Assembly: GCA_963713615.1 (NCBI GenBank)
Contig: CAVQMM010000001.1
Span: 698,708 to 762,707 of the forward strand
Length of the DNA: 64,000 nt
Source of the DNA: an uncultured Chlamydiae bacterium
GTDB taxonomy: Bacteria; Chlamydiota; Chlamydiia; Chlamydiales; JAJFMA01
Direction: 5' to 3'
Under the pieces are notes generated by a model. The model saw only the letters and a program-made list of their open reading frames with translations, did no database searches and had not been told where the DNA came from. The position numbers and the translations under genes are program-made. Positions 1 through 9,835 of the stretch are shown here, piece after piece (within the stretch, counting starts at the first letter, position 1; each line of letters starts with the position of its first letter).

Positions 1-7
1 TGTTTGC

Positions 8-766
8 ATGAAGTGCCAAACGCCTTTGATGGATGGGGAGCAAATGAATGTGTTACGAAGAAGTGCTGCCGATAAATATCGAAAGCAGCACAAACTTTTG
101 ACATCTGAAGAGATTATCAAATATCGCGCATCGCTTGGAATGTCCCAGGCTGCTTTTGCCAACTATTTAAAAGTTGGAGAAGCGAGTATCAAACGTTGGG
201 AGACCTATTTCGTACAGGATGTTGTTCAGGATGATCATATTCGTTTGAAATGCGATGAGGCTTATGCCGAACTTAATGCCCTTGAAGTTCATTGGAAGAG
301 CCAATCCTCTGACATTTACAGCGGCAATAGGCCGTTTTGTTTAGAGCTGTTTAAACAAGCTGTGCGCTATTTGATAGGATTTACGAAAAGTCCTCTGTTT
401 TTGAATAAAGCCTTATTTTATGCGGATTTTAAGCATTTTCAGAAATACGGAATGAGCATTACGGGAGCTAGATATGTTCATTTAGAATATGGTCCTTGCC
501 CAGATCAGTTTCAAAGCATTTATCAGCTATTTCTCTCTAAAGGGGTGTTGATTTCGGCAGGACATCATATCTTGAAAAGCACCGAAAAGCCGGATCTAAG
601 CGTTTTTTCTGATTCAGAAAAAGAAATTTTAGAATTTGTTGCAAAAACTGCACACAAAGATGGGGGTCAAAAGCTTTTAAAAGCTTCCCATGAGGAACAA
701 GCATTTAAGAAAACGGAGCCTTTACAACTCATCAGTTATGAATTTTCTAAACAGCTAAATATATAA
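8..766 (+). CDS. HTH (XRE/MqsA-like) + DUF4065/Panacea (SocA-like) antitoxin-type protein; true start may lie upstream of the window
   Basis: N-terminal LTSEEIIKYRASLGMSQAAFANYLKVGEASIKRWE is a typical XRE/MqsA helix-turn-helix. FLNKALFYADFKHFQKYGMSITGARYVHLEYGPCP matches the DUF4065/SocA signature. The ORF starts 7 nt from the window edge. Confidence 0.7.
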   Translation: MKCQTPLMDGEQMNVLRRSAADKYRKQHKLLTSEEIIKYRASLGMSQAAFANYLKVGEASIKRWETYFVQDVVQDDHIRLKCDEAYAELNALEVHWKSQSSDIYSGNRPFCLELFKQAVRYLIGFTKSPLFLNKALFYADFKHFQKYGMSITGARYVHLEYGPCPDQFQSIYQLFLSKGVLISAGHHILKSTEKPDLSVFSDSEKEILEFVAKTAHKDGGQKLLKASHEEQAFKKTEPLQLISYEFSKQLNI

Positions 767-775
767 CCAGAGGAT

Positions 776-1684
776 TTAAATGTTAGATAATACTGAACAG
801 CGTTCAAGAGGTTGCCAGGAAAAGGTTTCATCCGATCGATGAACATATCCTAATCCAGAGAGAGGAAGATGTGCACCGCCTACCAATAAGTGTTGATCAG
901 CGGCTTTTGCAAACAAGGTTTTTCTGCTGTTAACAGCCTGTTTACCATCGACATCATAGATGATATACAATTCGGGATTGGAAAATTGCATGCCTGTGGT
1001 GTGAACTATATCGCCCCAAAGGAGTAAACCCTCATTTTGTGAACAACAAACGAATGCCATATGTCCCAGGGTGTGTCCAGGTGCCGCTATAGCGGTTATT
1101 CCTTGTATAATTGATTCACCTGAATGAAACAGACGAAGCCGATTGTTACGTTCATAAGGTGCCAGCATCTCCCGTGCAATATCGAAGAGAAAACGTTTTT
1201 CCTCCTTTGCCCTTGATTCTTGCACACGGTCTCGCCAATAGGTTGCATCAATATCAGACACGCATAGAGTTGCATTTGGGAAAGTTGGAATTCCATCGGT
1301 ATCCAACAACCCACCAATGTGATCAGGATGAATATGTGTAATAAGCACTAACGATATCTGCTCGGGGTTGTATCCTACACATCGTATTTGATTAATAAGA
1401 TTCCCGGTTGCAACTCCGTATTTCTTGCCGCAGCCGGTATCAACCAAAATGACATTTTTACCGGTATCAATGAGGTATCCGTGTACCTCGGTGCGAACTG
1501 TAAGGTCATCCACACAAGGTACGTTGGCTTCGGTCAGTAGGTTACGCAATGCTTCAGGGTCAAGCCCAACAAACATTCTCTGATCAAGATCTAGGTACCC
1601 ATCGCTCAGGGACCATATTGTCCAATCGCCTAACGAAACTCTTTGCACAGGTTGAAGACTTGTTTCCATGCACCTTTCGCTCAT
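776..1684 (-). CDS. MBL-fold metallo-hydrolase
   Basis: HxHxDH zinc motif in LVLITHIHPDHIGG, plus later conserved His (APGHTLGH) and a WGDIVH segment, typical of the metallo-beta-lactamase fold. Confidence 0.8.
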   Translation of the reverse strand: MSERCMETSLQPVQRVSLGDWTIWSLSDGYLDLDQRMFVGLDPEALRNLLTEANVPCVDDLTVRTEVHGYLIDTGKNVILVDTGCGKKYGVATGNLINQIRCVGYNPEQISLVLITHIHPDHIGGLLDTDGIPTFPNATLCVSDIDATYWRDRVQESRAKEEKRFLFDIAREMLAPYERNNRLRLFHSGESIIQGITAIAAPGHTLGHMAFVCCSQNEGLLLWGDIVHTTGMQFSNPELYIIYDVDGKQAVNSRKTLFAKAADQHLLVGGAHLPLSGLGYVHRSDETFSWQPLERCSVLSNI

Positions 1685-1778
1685 TTAATACTCCAACCAT
1701 AATGACATTTTACAAAGCTAGGATCGGGATACAAAACAAGGTGAAAAATCCTCTTTGCAGAGACTTTGTCGGGTGAAA

Positions 1779-1860
<82 letters not shown>

Positions 1861-1928
1861 TTGACGACACATACATCATAGCTTTCTAAGACCTTTTCGT
1901 CAAATAGTATGCAGTGTGTGCCTTTTTT

Positions 1929-2095
1929 TAACGCGAAGACGCAAAAGACGCAAAGAAGCTCTGGATGGACTAAAGGGACGAAAAGAACCTAAGGGACGAA
2001 AGGGACGAAAGGGACCTAAGGGACGAAAGGGACATAAAGGACTCAGGAATAATCTATAAGTCCTTTATGTCCCTTAGGTCCTTTAGTCCATCCAG
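1929..2095. repeat. Intergenic repeat block: taacgc(g/a)aagacgcaaa word, degenerate short tandem (a)aagggac(g) units, and inverted repeat ctggatggactaaagg / cctttagtccatccag
   Basis: Direct reading. Arms at about 1960-1975 and 2080-2095 are reverse complements. The taacgcaaagacgca word recurs at 10244. Confidence 0.6.
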
Positions 2096-2108
2096 CACAT
2101 CTTTGTAG

Positions 2109-3833
2109 TTATTCCGACCACCAACCGGGTCGCTCGGCCTTGAGCATCTTCTCAGTAGTGTCTGAATGATGAAATGGAGAATCGAGACTGGTAATCAAGT
2201 CATTCCCTTTGCGCCAAAGAGATTCACCAGCATCGCGGTTACCAGTCCGTTCGACCACCAGTTCAGCAAGTTCTTGGTACTCTTGTGGTGTTGTGGGACC
2301 GGCTTTTATGGTCAAGGCGTGCTTGTAGATGGTAGGATCGCTCATGGTCCAGGCCCATTGCTTAAGCAGATCTATGAAGCTTGCCGTTTCGATGGCAGCT
2401 GCAAAGGGCTCTAAGCTACGAATAGGAAGGGGATCTTGCAAATAATGCTGACTGCGTTCAGGCGATAACACACCCTTTTTTTCATATTCTATGACCGCAT
2501 CATAGTAGGTGTCGAGATGCACCAGGGCCTCTTCCCATTTTTGCAAGGCCAGGGCTAGTGAAGCAGAGGCCAAAAGGTTGGCTAAACGGCTTTCTTCATC
2601 GAGGCGTGCTCGCAGCAGACGGTCTTGATGTTGCAATTCTAGGAGTGTGATATAGGCTTCACCTAATGCCACAGCGAAGTCACTGGGTTCGCCAGAACGA
2701 TATAATTCACGAACACTTTGGAAGGCCCCCTGTGCTCCTAGCAGTGCTATAGCGAGGTCTTTTGGATTTTTGACTGGAGAGGCTGTCGTAGGATCAAGGA
2801 GAGCTTGCACTAAACGGTATTGGGTTTGATTGACCTTGCGCCTGGCCACCTTCTCTGGCGTGGGTGTTTGGCCAAAAACTCGGTAAACCTTGCTGTAGTC
2901 GTGGTTGAATAGTGTGGAGTGAATCTCAACTTCGACAAACTCTCCCGGTGCAGGAATGGGCACTCTGACGGGGCATATTCCCCACCACTGAGTATCTAGG
3001 GCCTTAACCTGTCCCTGCTCTGGCCGGTAATTTTTTGGGCGAGGATGACAGGACCAGAATTCTAGATGTCCAGCGCTGGAATAGACCTCGAAGGGTTGTG
3101 CAGGGACAATACTGGCATAATTGATGCCGCCTAATCCGACAAAGAACGAGACATAGCTTCGACAGCCTTGCTTAAATGAGAGAGAGGTCCAGGGGCCTGG
3201 TTGATCTGCCCATACTTCGGTGCTATCAAAGTGGGGAGGAGGGACATGCTTTTTAGCAGGGTCTAAACGGTAGGCTAAGATAATGCCTAGTTGACCTTGA
3301 AAGGGCTTTGAGAAGACGCCATCGTTATCTTCAGGTCGAGATATAATCCTAGGCGTACGCTTCCGCTGCTCACCTGCTACTCGAAGTGTCTGTGCAACAC
3401 GGAAGTAGGGGAGGGGCTGTTGGATAGGACGGCTTAAAGGACCCATCTCCAAACTAGCGATATCATCATTCTCAGACGATTTATGAACGTAAGCTCGGCT
3501 ACGTAATCGGGGGTGCTCCTGGGGCTTAGCAGGGACTTTTTTGGGTCTAACCTCAATTTCTCCTTTAGCCTTGGTTTTCCATGGACCGTCTAAGCCAGGC
3601 GCCCACTGTACCCATAGCCGCAGCCTTTCATCGGTCTGCAAACTGGTGAGTGCTTCGGAGCGAACCTTAATCCATGTGTGGGTATTGGCGGCATCGCTTG
3701 CGGAATAGACATTGTTCCAAGGGCCGCTTGCGAGGACTTCAGGCAATTCCTCCGGAGACGTCGTACCCGATACTACCGAGACCACGGTGATGGCAACAAG
3801 AGTTAGGACCGTACGCATGAAAATCATTGGCAT
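2109..3833 (-). CDS. Hypothetical secreted protein (N-terminal signal peptide), no recognisable domain
   Basis: Long uninterrupted ORF. Hydrophobic N-terminus MRTVLTLVAITVVSVVSG. GGGGGA Shine-Dalgarno-like run upstream. Confidence 0.55.
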   Translation of the reverse strand: MPMIFMRTVLTLVAITVVSVVSGTTSPEELPEVLASGPWNNVYSASDAANTHTWIKVRSEALTSLQTDERLRLWVQWAPGLDGPWKTKAKGEIEVRPKKVPAKPQEHPRLRSRAYVHKSSENDDIASLEMGPLSRPIQQPLPYFRVAQTLRVAGEQRKRTPRIISRPEDNDGVFSKPFQGQLGIILAYRLDPAKKHVPPPHFDSTEVWADQPGPWTSLSFKQGCRSYVSFFVGLGGINYASIVPAQPFEVYSSAGHLEFWSCHPRPKNYRPEQGQVKALDTQWWGICPVRVPIPAPGEFVEVEIHSTLFNHDYSKVYRVFGQTPTPEKVARRKVNQTQYRLVQALLDPTTASPVKNPKDLAIALLGAQGAFQSVRELYRSGEPSDFAVALGEAYITLLELQHQDRLLRARLDEESRLANLLASASLALALQKWEEALVHLDTYYDAVIEYEKKGVLSPERSQHYLQDPLPIRSLEPFAAAIETASFIDLLKQWAWTMSDPTIYKHALTIKAGPTTPQEYQELAELVVERTGNRDAGESLWRKGNDLITSLDSPFHHSDTTEKMLKAERPGWWSE

Positions 3834-3926
3834 TCCCCCAAACTGCTACGGTGCCCTGTTTACCGAAAATTTGTCAAAAGTTCGTTATTAATATATATAT
3901 ACCACACATGGGAAGGAGAACAAAAT

Positions 3927-5285
3927 ATGCAGTCTGACACGAATTCTATGCCTTCAGGGTTTCTGCGCGATCCTGCCATTTCTACAGTACAGGATCGCTT
4001 GAGGCGCGAGCTTAGAAATATAATTTTTGGCAATGCCTACGCCGGAGCGGGTTGGGGTTGCTTAGTATTAGTTCCTATGGCGTTGGTTTTATGGGAGCCA
4101 GGTACACATGGAGCGGAAGTTCGTTGGTTTCTAGCCATGTTTCTATGCTTACTAAGCAAACTCGTTGTTGCGATATTTTATAGGGTGCGAGGTGGAGTTT
4201 ACGAATCTGTCCAAGCATTTCCCTTTTGGACCTATTATGGGCTAACCTGTTTGGAGGCCATCGGATGGGGATTATCGATTTTTGTGCTATTCCCGGCGGA
4301 GCCGTTACAGCAGTCTTTTTTGATGGTCATTCTTGTGGGGATTACTGCAGCGGGGTTGTCTCTGTTTTCCGGTTGCATGTCCCTTCACGCTATTTGGGTT
4401 ATCGCGATCATGGGGCAAATGTTTCTCAAGCTGGAACTGCTCAACTCAGATGTTTATGCTGTTCTAGGAGCATTAATGTTGTTTTTGGGTGGCATGTTCC
4501 TGATGATTGCCCGTTATATTAACGTGCTTCTTCTGCGCAACCTTCAGTTGCGATTTACCAATGAACAGCTGGCTATGATCGAGACAACATCCAAGGAAAA
4601 TATTATAGGTTATTCAGAAAAGCTGAGTGATAAGACGATAGAGATCGAACACATGACAAAGCGTCTGCAGTCTTTGGTAAGCCTCTTGTCGAATGATCTT
4701 CGAACTCAGCTGATCACGATCTCACAGTTTTCGCATTTTTTGAGAGAGGGCAAAGGTTCGACACATGATCAAAAATTCATCGTTGAAACGTTATCCAATT
4801 CGGCAGATTCAGGGCTGAGGCTTATAGCCGAGCTTCTCGAACTTGCAGGCATAGAATCATCGGGTATACAGCTCAATCTGGGCTCTGGTTCTATTCAACA
4901 AGTTGTTGAGGGTGCCGTCGGGAGCACTAGGCTCTCCGCGCAGAGGAAGAACGTCCGCATTAACCTGGCGATAGATGAACCACGGCCGGTGCGCATGGAT
5001 TTTAAAAAGATAGAGGAAGTGCTGACTAATTTGTTAGACAATGCCCTGATCTATAGTCCACCAGAAGGATCGGTAACAGTACAGACAACACCGACCTCGC
5101 GTGGACTACGTGTTGAGGTGATCGATATGGGCATAGGTATTGATCAGACTGGTGCTACCTTTGCAACTTCACAGGAGATCTTACGAGCGCACGACAGCCA
5201 TATAGAGGTTCAGAATAACCCCGAGGCGGGGTGTTGCTGTTCTTTTGTGTTGCCCTGGGCTGACAGAGAGGGGTCACGGATCTAG
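3927..5285 (+). CDS. Polytopic membrane histidine-kinase-like protein with degenerate H-box and truncated ATP lid (probable pseudokinase)
   Basis: About 6 predicted TM helices, then a DHp-like LLSNDLRTQLITISQFSHFL (canonical SHELRTPL), N-box LTNLLDNALIYSP and G1 box VIDMGIGI. No GxGxG G2 box before the C-terminal strand SFVLPW. Confidence 0.7.
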   Translation: MQSDTNSMPSGFLRDPAISTVQDRLRRELRNIIFGNAYAGAGWGCLVLVPMALVLWEPGTHGAEVRWFLAMFLCLLSKLVVAIFYRVRGGVYESVQAFPFWTYYGLTCLEAIGWGLSIFVLFPAEPLQQSFLMVILVGITAAGLSLFSGCMSLHAIWVIAIMGQMFLKLELLNSDVYAVLGALMLFLGGMFLMIARYINVLLLRNLQLRFTNEQLAMIETTSKENIIGYSEKLSDKTIEIEHMTKRLQSLVSLLSNDLRTQLITISQFSHFLREGKGSTHDQKFIVETLSNSADSGLRLIAELLELAGIESSGIQLNLGSGSIQQVVEGAVGSTRLSAQRKNVRINLAIDEPRPVRMDFKKIEEVLTNLLDNALIYSPPEGSVTVQTTPTSRGLRVEVIDMGIGIDQTGATFATSQEILRAHDSHIEVQNNPEAGCCCSFVLPWADREGSRI

Positions 5286-5489
5286 GAGGATTTAGGAGTA
5301 ACACGGATGAACACGGATCTAGGAGGATAGGATTTTAGAAAATTAGCACGAATTTTTCCCACGAAACAATTAAAATGGGTTTAAGATGGTTTTCGAGATT
5401 TTTCACTCCTATCCTCCTAAATCCTCCTAGATCCGTGTGCATCCGTGTTACTCCTAAATCCGTGTCACTACCAAATCTGTGTGCATCCT
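5275..5489. repeat. Family-1 long palindromic intergenic element, copy A
   Basis: Left arm cacggatctaggaggatttaggagtaacacggatgaacacggatctaggaggatagga. Right arm is its near reverse complement ctcctatcctcctaaatcctcctagatccgtgtgcatccgtgttactcctaaatccgtg. The left arm supplies the last codons and stop of the 3927..5285 CDS. Confidence 0.85.
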
Positions 5490-5495
5490 GCTAAT

Positions 5496-8111
5496 TCATG
5501 CTCGACACTTGGAGACGATCTCAAACACATTCTGAGAGAGCTTTGGTACGGCTAAAATACGATCGAGTTCTGCTTGCATTGCTTTCTTTCTCAATACATC
5601 CATCTTTCCAAACTTCTTGAAGCCACCAGCAAGTCCTGCAGAGACCTGAGGGTTAATTTTATCGAGTTTGATGATGGTATCAGCCAAGTAAGCGTAGCCT
5701 TCACCATTGTTTGCATTGAAGTGGATATTGTTGTGAATGAATGTTCCGTGTAATGCACGCACAAGGTTGGGTATGGTGAAATGGAAGATGGGGTCCTTTT
5801 CGAGCTGTTGAACAGTTTTGAGCGCATCGTCGAGCTTTGTCTGAGCTTGCACAGCAAACCACTTGGTCATGACTAGGTTGTCGCCTTTCCACTCTTTATA
5901 AAAGGCATCCAAGACCTCTTGCCTCTCTGGATGATCAAGATCTGCCAAAATTTTGAGAGCCGCAAAGCGATCCGTCATATTATCAGCATCATGATACTGC
6001 TTTGCACACTGCTTGATGATGTCGCTCTCGCCAGTATAGCTCAGCATGAAGAGGCAGGCATTTTTTAATGCTCGTCTGCCTACAGCCTTTTGTTCAAATT
6101 CATAGGATTCTTTAGTATTCAGCTGCTGGTAGAGGCTCCAAAACTTGTCCTGATGTGCCTTAGCAAGCTGTTGGCACGTGTATTCGCGGATGACGTGATT
6201 GCCATCAAAATCAATGATGTTCTGACGTTGGCCAAGGGCATCTTCGGTTGGGGGGATCAGCGCCATAGCTTTTAGAGCCTGATCGAGTTTATGGTCACTC
6301 AATAGGACTCCGTAGGCATCTATGTAGCCTGGATCTACATCGAATTCGTCGCCGTCATCGAGCTGAGCAAGCATATGCAGCATCAGTTGGCACCCAAGTT
6401 CTTGGCCAGCTTCCCAGCGGTTAAACTCGTCGGAATCGTGGGCCATCAGAAACATCAAATCTTGATGTGTGTAAGGGGTGTGGATGCGGACAGGAGCGCT
6501 GAAGTAGCGGTTGATAGAGGGAATAGGCGCTTCAGGAATGTGATCAAAGACAAAAGTCTCGATATGCTTTGTTACCTCCAGCACATCTGGACGGCTAAGG
6601 CGAATATCGTTTCCACTTTTGTCAAGAAGTCCAACCCTTAGCGGAAAGTGGAATGGCTCCTTGGGACTATTGTCCGCCGTAGGTGCACACGATTGTTCGA
6701 CTGTTAAGGAAAATGCCTTCTTATCCGAGTCATAAGCGAAGGATACTGTCACATCTGGCGTTCCCGCTTGGTGATACCAACGCGCAAATTGGGAGAGATC
6801 GCGTCCGGAAGCCACCTCCATGGCATGGAGAAAGTCATTTGTTGTTACCGCCTGTCCATCATATAATTCGAAGTACTTGTCAATGCCCTGGCGAAAGGCT
6901 TTCTTGCCGATAAGGCTCTGGATCATGCGAATAACTTCGGCACCTTTTTCATAAACGGTTGCTGTATAGAAGTTATTGATTTGGATGTATGACTGCGGTT
7001 GTATCGGATGGGCGGTGGGACCGGCATCTTCATCGAATTGCTTAGAGCGGAGAGCTCGAACATCATCAATACGTTCAACAGGACGAGAGTTCATATCGGC
7101 GGAAAATTCTTGGTCACGAAAGACCGTCAGACCCTCTTTGAGGGTCAGTTGGAACCAGTCGCGGCAGGTGACCCTATTGCCCGTCCAGTTGTGGAAGTAT
7201 TCATGGGCGATGACTTTTTCTACTCTCGCATAATTGATATCTGTAGCGGACTTGACATCAGCTAAGACGCAGTTCGTATTGAAAATGTTAAGACCCTTGT
7301 TTTCCATGGCGCCAAAGTTGAAGGCATCTACGGCGACAATCATGAAAATATCCAGATCGTATTCGAGACCGAAGACCTCTTCATCCCATTGCATGGATTT
7401 CTTAAGGGATCGCATGCCATGCTCACAGCGGGATTCTTTACCCTTATCGCAGTAGATTCGCAGATCGATCGTGCGTTTCGATCTGGTGATAAAGGTGTCT
7501 GAGATGCTGCCGAGATCTCCGGCTACAAGGGCGAAAAGGTAACACGGCTTGAGGAAAGGGTCTTCCCAAACGGTCCAATGGCGGCCATTTGGAAGGTCGC
7601 CTTGGCCAATGCAATTACCATTGGCGAGCAGCACAGGATACAGCTTTTTGTCTGCGATGATTTTAGTCGTGTATTTTGACATCACATCAGAGCGGTCCAG
7701 GAAGTAGGTGATGTGACGAAAGCCTTCAGGTTCATTTTGAGTACAGAAGATGCTACCCGATTTGTATAGCCCTTCGAGGGCTGTGTTAGCCTTGGGATTG
7801 ATGAGCGTCTCGATTTCCAGACTAAAGGCCTTCGGGAGAATTCCAAGATCGAGAGAATGATCTGTCAGGGTATATTCTGAGGGCTCCAGTGGTTTGCCAT
7901 CTAGACGAATCGATATCAACTCGAGTTGCCGACCATCGAGCACCAGCGGTTGGGGGGAGTTCCCAGCCGCTGGATTTTGGACGAGGGACATTTTGGAGGT
8001 CACTCGAGTTTTTTCGTCCTCTAAATCAAAACAGAGATCAATGGTGTTGATCAGGTGTGATGGAGGGCTATAATCTTTAAGAAAGATGGGTCTTGGTACT
8101 GTAGCCTTCAT
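5496..8111 (-). CDS. pepN: Aminopeptidase N (M1 family)
   Basis: GAMEN exopeptidase motif (FNFGAMENKG), zinc motif HEYFHNWTGNRVT followed by WFQLTLKEGLTVF, and a size of 871 aa typical of PepN. Confidence 0.95.
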   Translation of the reverse strand: MKATVPRPIFLKDYSPPSHLINTIDLCFDLEDEKTRVTSKMSLVQNPAAGNSPQPLVLDGRQLELISIRLDGKPLEPSEYTLTDHSLDLGILPKAFSLEIETLINPKANTALEGLYKSGSIFCTQNEPEGFRHITYFLDRSDVMSKYTTKIIADKKLYPVLLANGNCIGQGDLPNGRHWTVWEDPFLKPCYLFALVAGDLGSISDTFITRSKRTIDLRIYCDKGKESRCEHGMRSLKKSMQWDEEVFGLEYDLDIFMIVAVDAFNFGAMENKGLNIFNTNCVLADVKSATDINYARVEKVIAHEYFHNWTGNRVTCRDWFQLTLKEGLTVFRDQEFSADMNSRPVERIDDVRALRSKQFDEDAGPTAHPIQPQSYIQINNFYTATVYEKGAEVIRMIQSLIGKKAFRQGIDKYFELYDGQAVTTNDFLHAMEVASGRDLSQFARWYHQAGTPDVTVSFAYDSDKKAFSLTVEQSCAPTADNSPKEPFHFPLRVGLLDKSGNDIRLSRPDVLEVTKHIETFVFDHIPEAPIPSINRYFSAPVRIHTPYTHQDLMFLMAHDSDEFNRWEAGQELGCQLMLHMLAQLDDGDEFDVDPGYIDAYGVLLSDHKLDQALKAMALIPPTEDALGQRQNIIDFDGNHVIREYTCQQLAKAHQDKFWSLYQQLNTKESYEFEQKAVGRRALKNACLFMLSYTGESDIIKQCAKQYHDADNMTDRFAALKILADLDHPERQEVLDAFYKEWKGDNLVMTKWFAVQAQTKLDDALKTVQQLEKDPIFHFTIPNLVRALHGTFIHNNIHFNANNGEGYAYLADTIIKLDKINPQVSAGLAGGFKKFGKMDVLRKKAMQAELDRILAVPKLSQNVFEIVSKCRA

Positions 8112-8134
8112 GGTGTCCCTTTATCCAAAGTGTT

Positions 8135-8869
8135 TTATTGCATGCTCATATCATAACGTCGGTAGTCACCTTTGCGAGGCACCTTAGCTACCAAGATATC
8201 CAAGAACTCACGCCAGTTATTCTGTTGATACAGGCCTTGCACTAGATTGACATTGAGGCCAACTTGGTTACAGAAATCCACGAGATACTCTGGCTTCATA
8301 TTATTAGCAGCTTGTTCGTCGGTTAGGCTATCGGCAATGCCACCACGGAAGCGTTTCCAAACCAGGGATTTCTTGCGGATGTTACGAATACCGACCTTGA
8401 GTTCCTCGTCACAAAAGATAACGGATAGAAACTTGAGGGGGTGAATATGCTTAACACTATCGCCTGCGCTTTGAATGGCGCTGCTATAAAGAAGCAATGA
8501 GATCTCATTCTTGTTGGCAAGCGTCTTGACGACGTAGCCGATATTGGCTTTATCATCAGCCGTTGGACTATAGTAAAAATCACGCGCTCCTAGGTTACCA
8601 TCGCGGGAATAGCCAGGTTCGGCAGCACGGGGGCTCATTGGTGATGAATTATTATCGCGCGCAGCCATTAGGAACCATTGACCTTGGTCGGGTGCAGCTA
8701 AGCTTCCAAGGTGTTCTTGAAGTTCTTGCAGCGTTACTGTATCAGCTATATCGATAACCAGGGGTTTACCATCGCCGGCCATCAGGACTAATTCCATGCC
8801 ATTGACGATTGGGCATACAAGTTGGGTAACTGCCGCAGCAGCTATAAACCATTGCATTTTTGCGTTCAT
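8135..8869 (-). CDS. Hypothetical secreted protein
   Basis: ATG at 8869 is preceded by AAAGGAG. Signal-like MNAKMQWFIAAAAVTQLVCPIVNG. No recognisable domain. Confidence 0.55.
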   Translation of the reverse strand: MNAKMQWFIAAAAVTQLVCPIVNGMELVLMAGDGKPLVIDIADTVTLQELQEHLGSLAAPDQGQWFLMAARDNNSSPMSPRAAEPGYSRDGNLGARDFYYSPTADDKANIGYVVKTLANKNEISLLLYSSAIQSAGDSVKHIHPLKFLSVIFCDEELKVGIRNIRKKSLVWKRFRGGIADSLTDEQAANNMKPEYLVDFCNQVGLNVNLVQGLYQQNNWREFLDILVAKVPRKGDYRRYDMSMQ

Positions 8870-8978
8870 CGCACTCCTTTCACGTTGGAGTAATTTTTGG
8901 AAGACCAGAAACATCGAATTCTGATAGTCTGCCGTTTTCTTGGTGTTGGAAGAAAATTCACAAGATACACTACTAAAG

Positions 8979-9824
8979 ATGTTACTACAAGGGTTTCTTC
9001 AAGCTAGCAGGGGATCACCATTGTTTAAGAAATTTCACTTCGGAATGGCAGTATTGGTTGCCTTAATGAGCCTGATAGGGTCTGACTTACAGGCGATGTC
9101 TTGGCCATGTTTTAGGCTAGGTGAGCATCGTTTATGGATTGCTCCTGAGGTCTATAACACGAAAAGGCTTCGTCAGGGAGGCACTCATCAGCAAGGTTGG
9201 CTTGGGGGTATACGGGCCTGCCTGGAGCGTAATGAGATCAATGCTCTGTATTGGGGTGTTGAGGGTGGTTGGGCCAAAGGTCCCCTGGAAGGGAGAAGTT
9301 TCAGTGGTGGAATCATTAGACTGAACATGACTGACGCTGATGTAGAGGGGCGTTTGGGCTTTACATTGGGGTCATACGGGTGTGTTAACATCTCCCTCAC
9401 CCCCTTTGTTGGTGTGGGTTGCTACAAGGGCGAGATGCGTTTTATACCTCCAACCCCGCTCACATTGCGGTTTTGTGACACCTACACGTTTGCCAGCGCT
9501 GGATTATTGGCAAGGGTATGGTGTGATGAAGGTTTTAGTATGGGTATAAATGTAAAAGCTCGTCAAATGTACAATGGTAAAGAGCGTATTACAGACGATC
9601 CTGACCTTCCTGACGTGATCCTAATGATGAAAGATGAGCTATGCTGGCTTTTCGAGCTGCCTCTCAGCTGGCGTTTTTGCTATGAAGGGTGGCCGGCAGA
9701 GGTTGGCATCATGCCTTTCTATGAAAACAGGCATTATGGAGGGCGGGAAGGGTTTCCGATGGATTTCGTAGACACCCAGTATTTTGTCTATGGCCTCAGG
9801 TTTACGCTAGGAACTTCCTTCTAA
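8979..9824 (+). CDS. Putative outer-membrane beta-barrel protein
   Basis: Signal-like MAVLVALMSLIGSDLQA. Alternating aromatic/Gly-rich strands. C-terminal ...YGLRFTLGTSF ends in Phe as in many OMPs. Start codon uncertain (8940/8979/9045). Confidence 0.45.
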   Translation: MLLQGFLQASRGSPLFKKFHFGMAVLVALMSLIGSDLQAMSWPCFRLGEHRLWIAPEVYNTKRLRQGGTHQQGWLGGIRACLERNEINALYWGVEGGWAKGPLEGRSFSGGIIRLNMTDADVEGRLGFTLGSYGCVNISLTPFVGVGCYKGEMRFIPPTPLTLRFCDTYTFASAGLLARVWCDEGFSMGINVKARQMYNGKERITDDPDLPDVILMMKDELCWLFELPLSWRFCYEGWPAEVGIMPFYENRHYGGREGFPMDFVDTQYFVYGLRFTLGTSF

Positions 9825-9835
9825 TTGGTGGTTTA

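Noticed and set aside
1960-2045. Short tandem aagggac(g)aa units, considered as a CRISPR-like or satellite array
   Set aside because: The units are about 9-10 nt, degenerate, contiguous and without spacers, and they form one arm region of a local palindrome. This is not CRISPR architecture.
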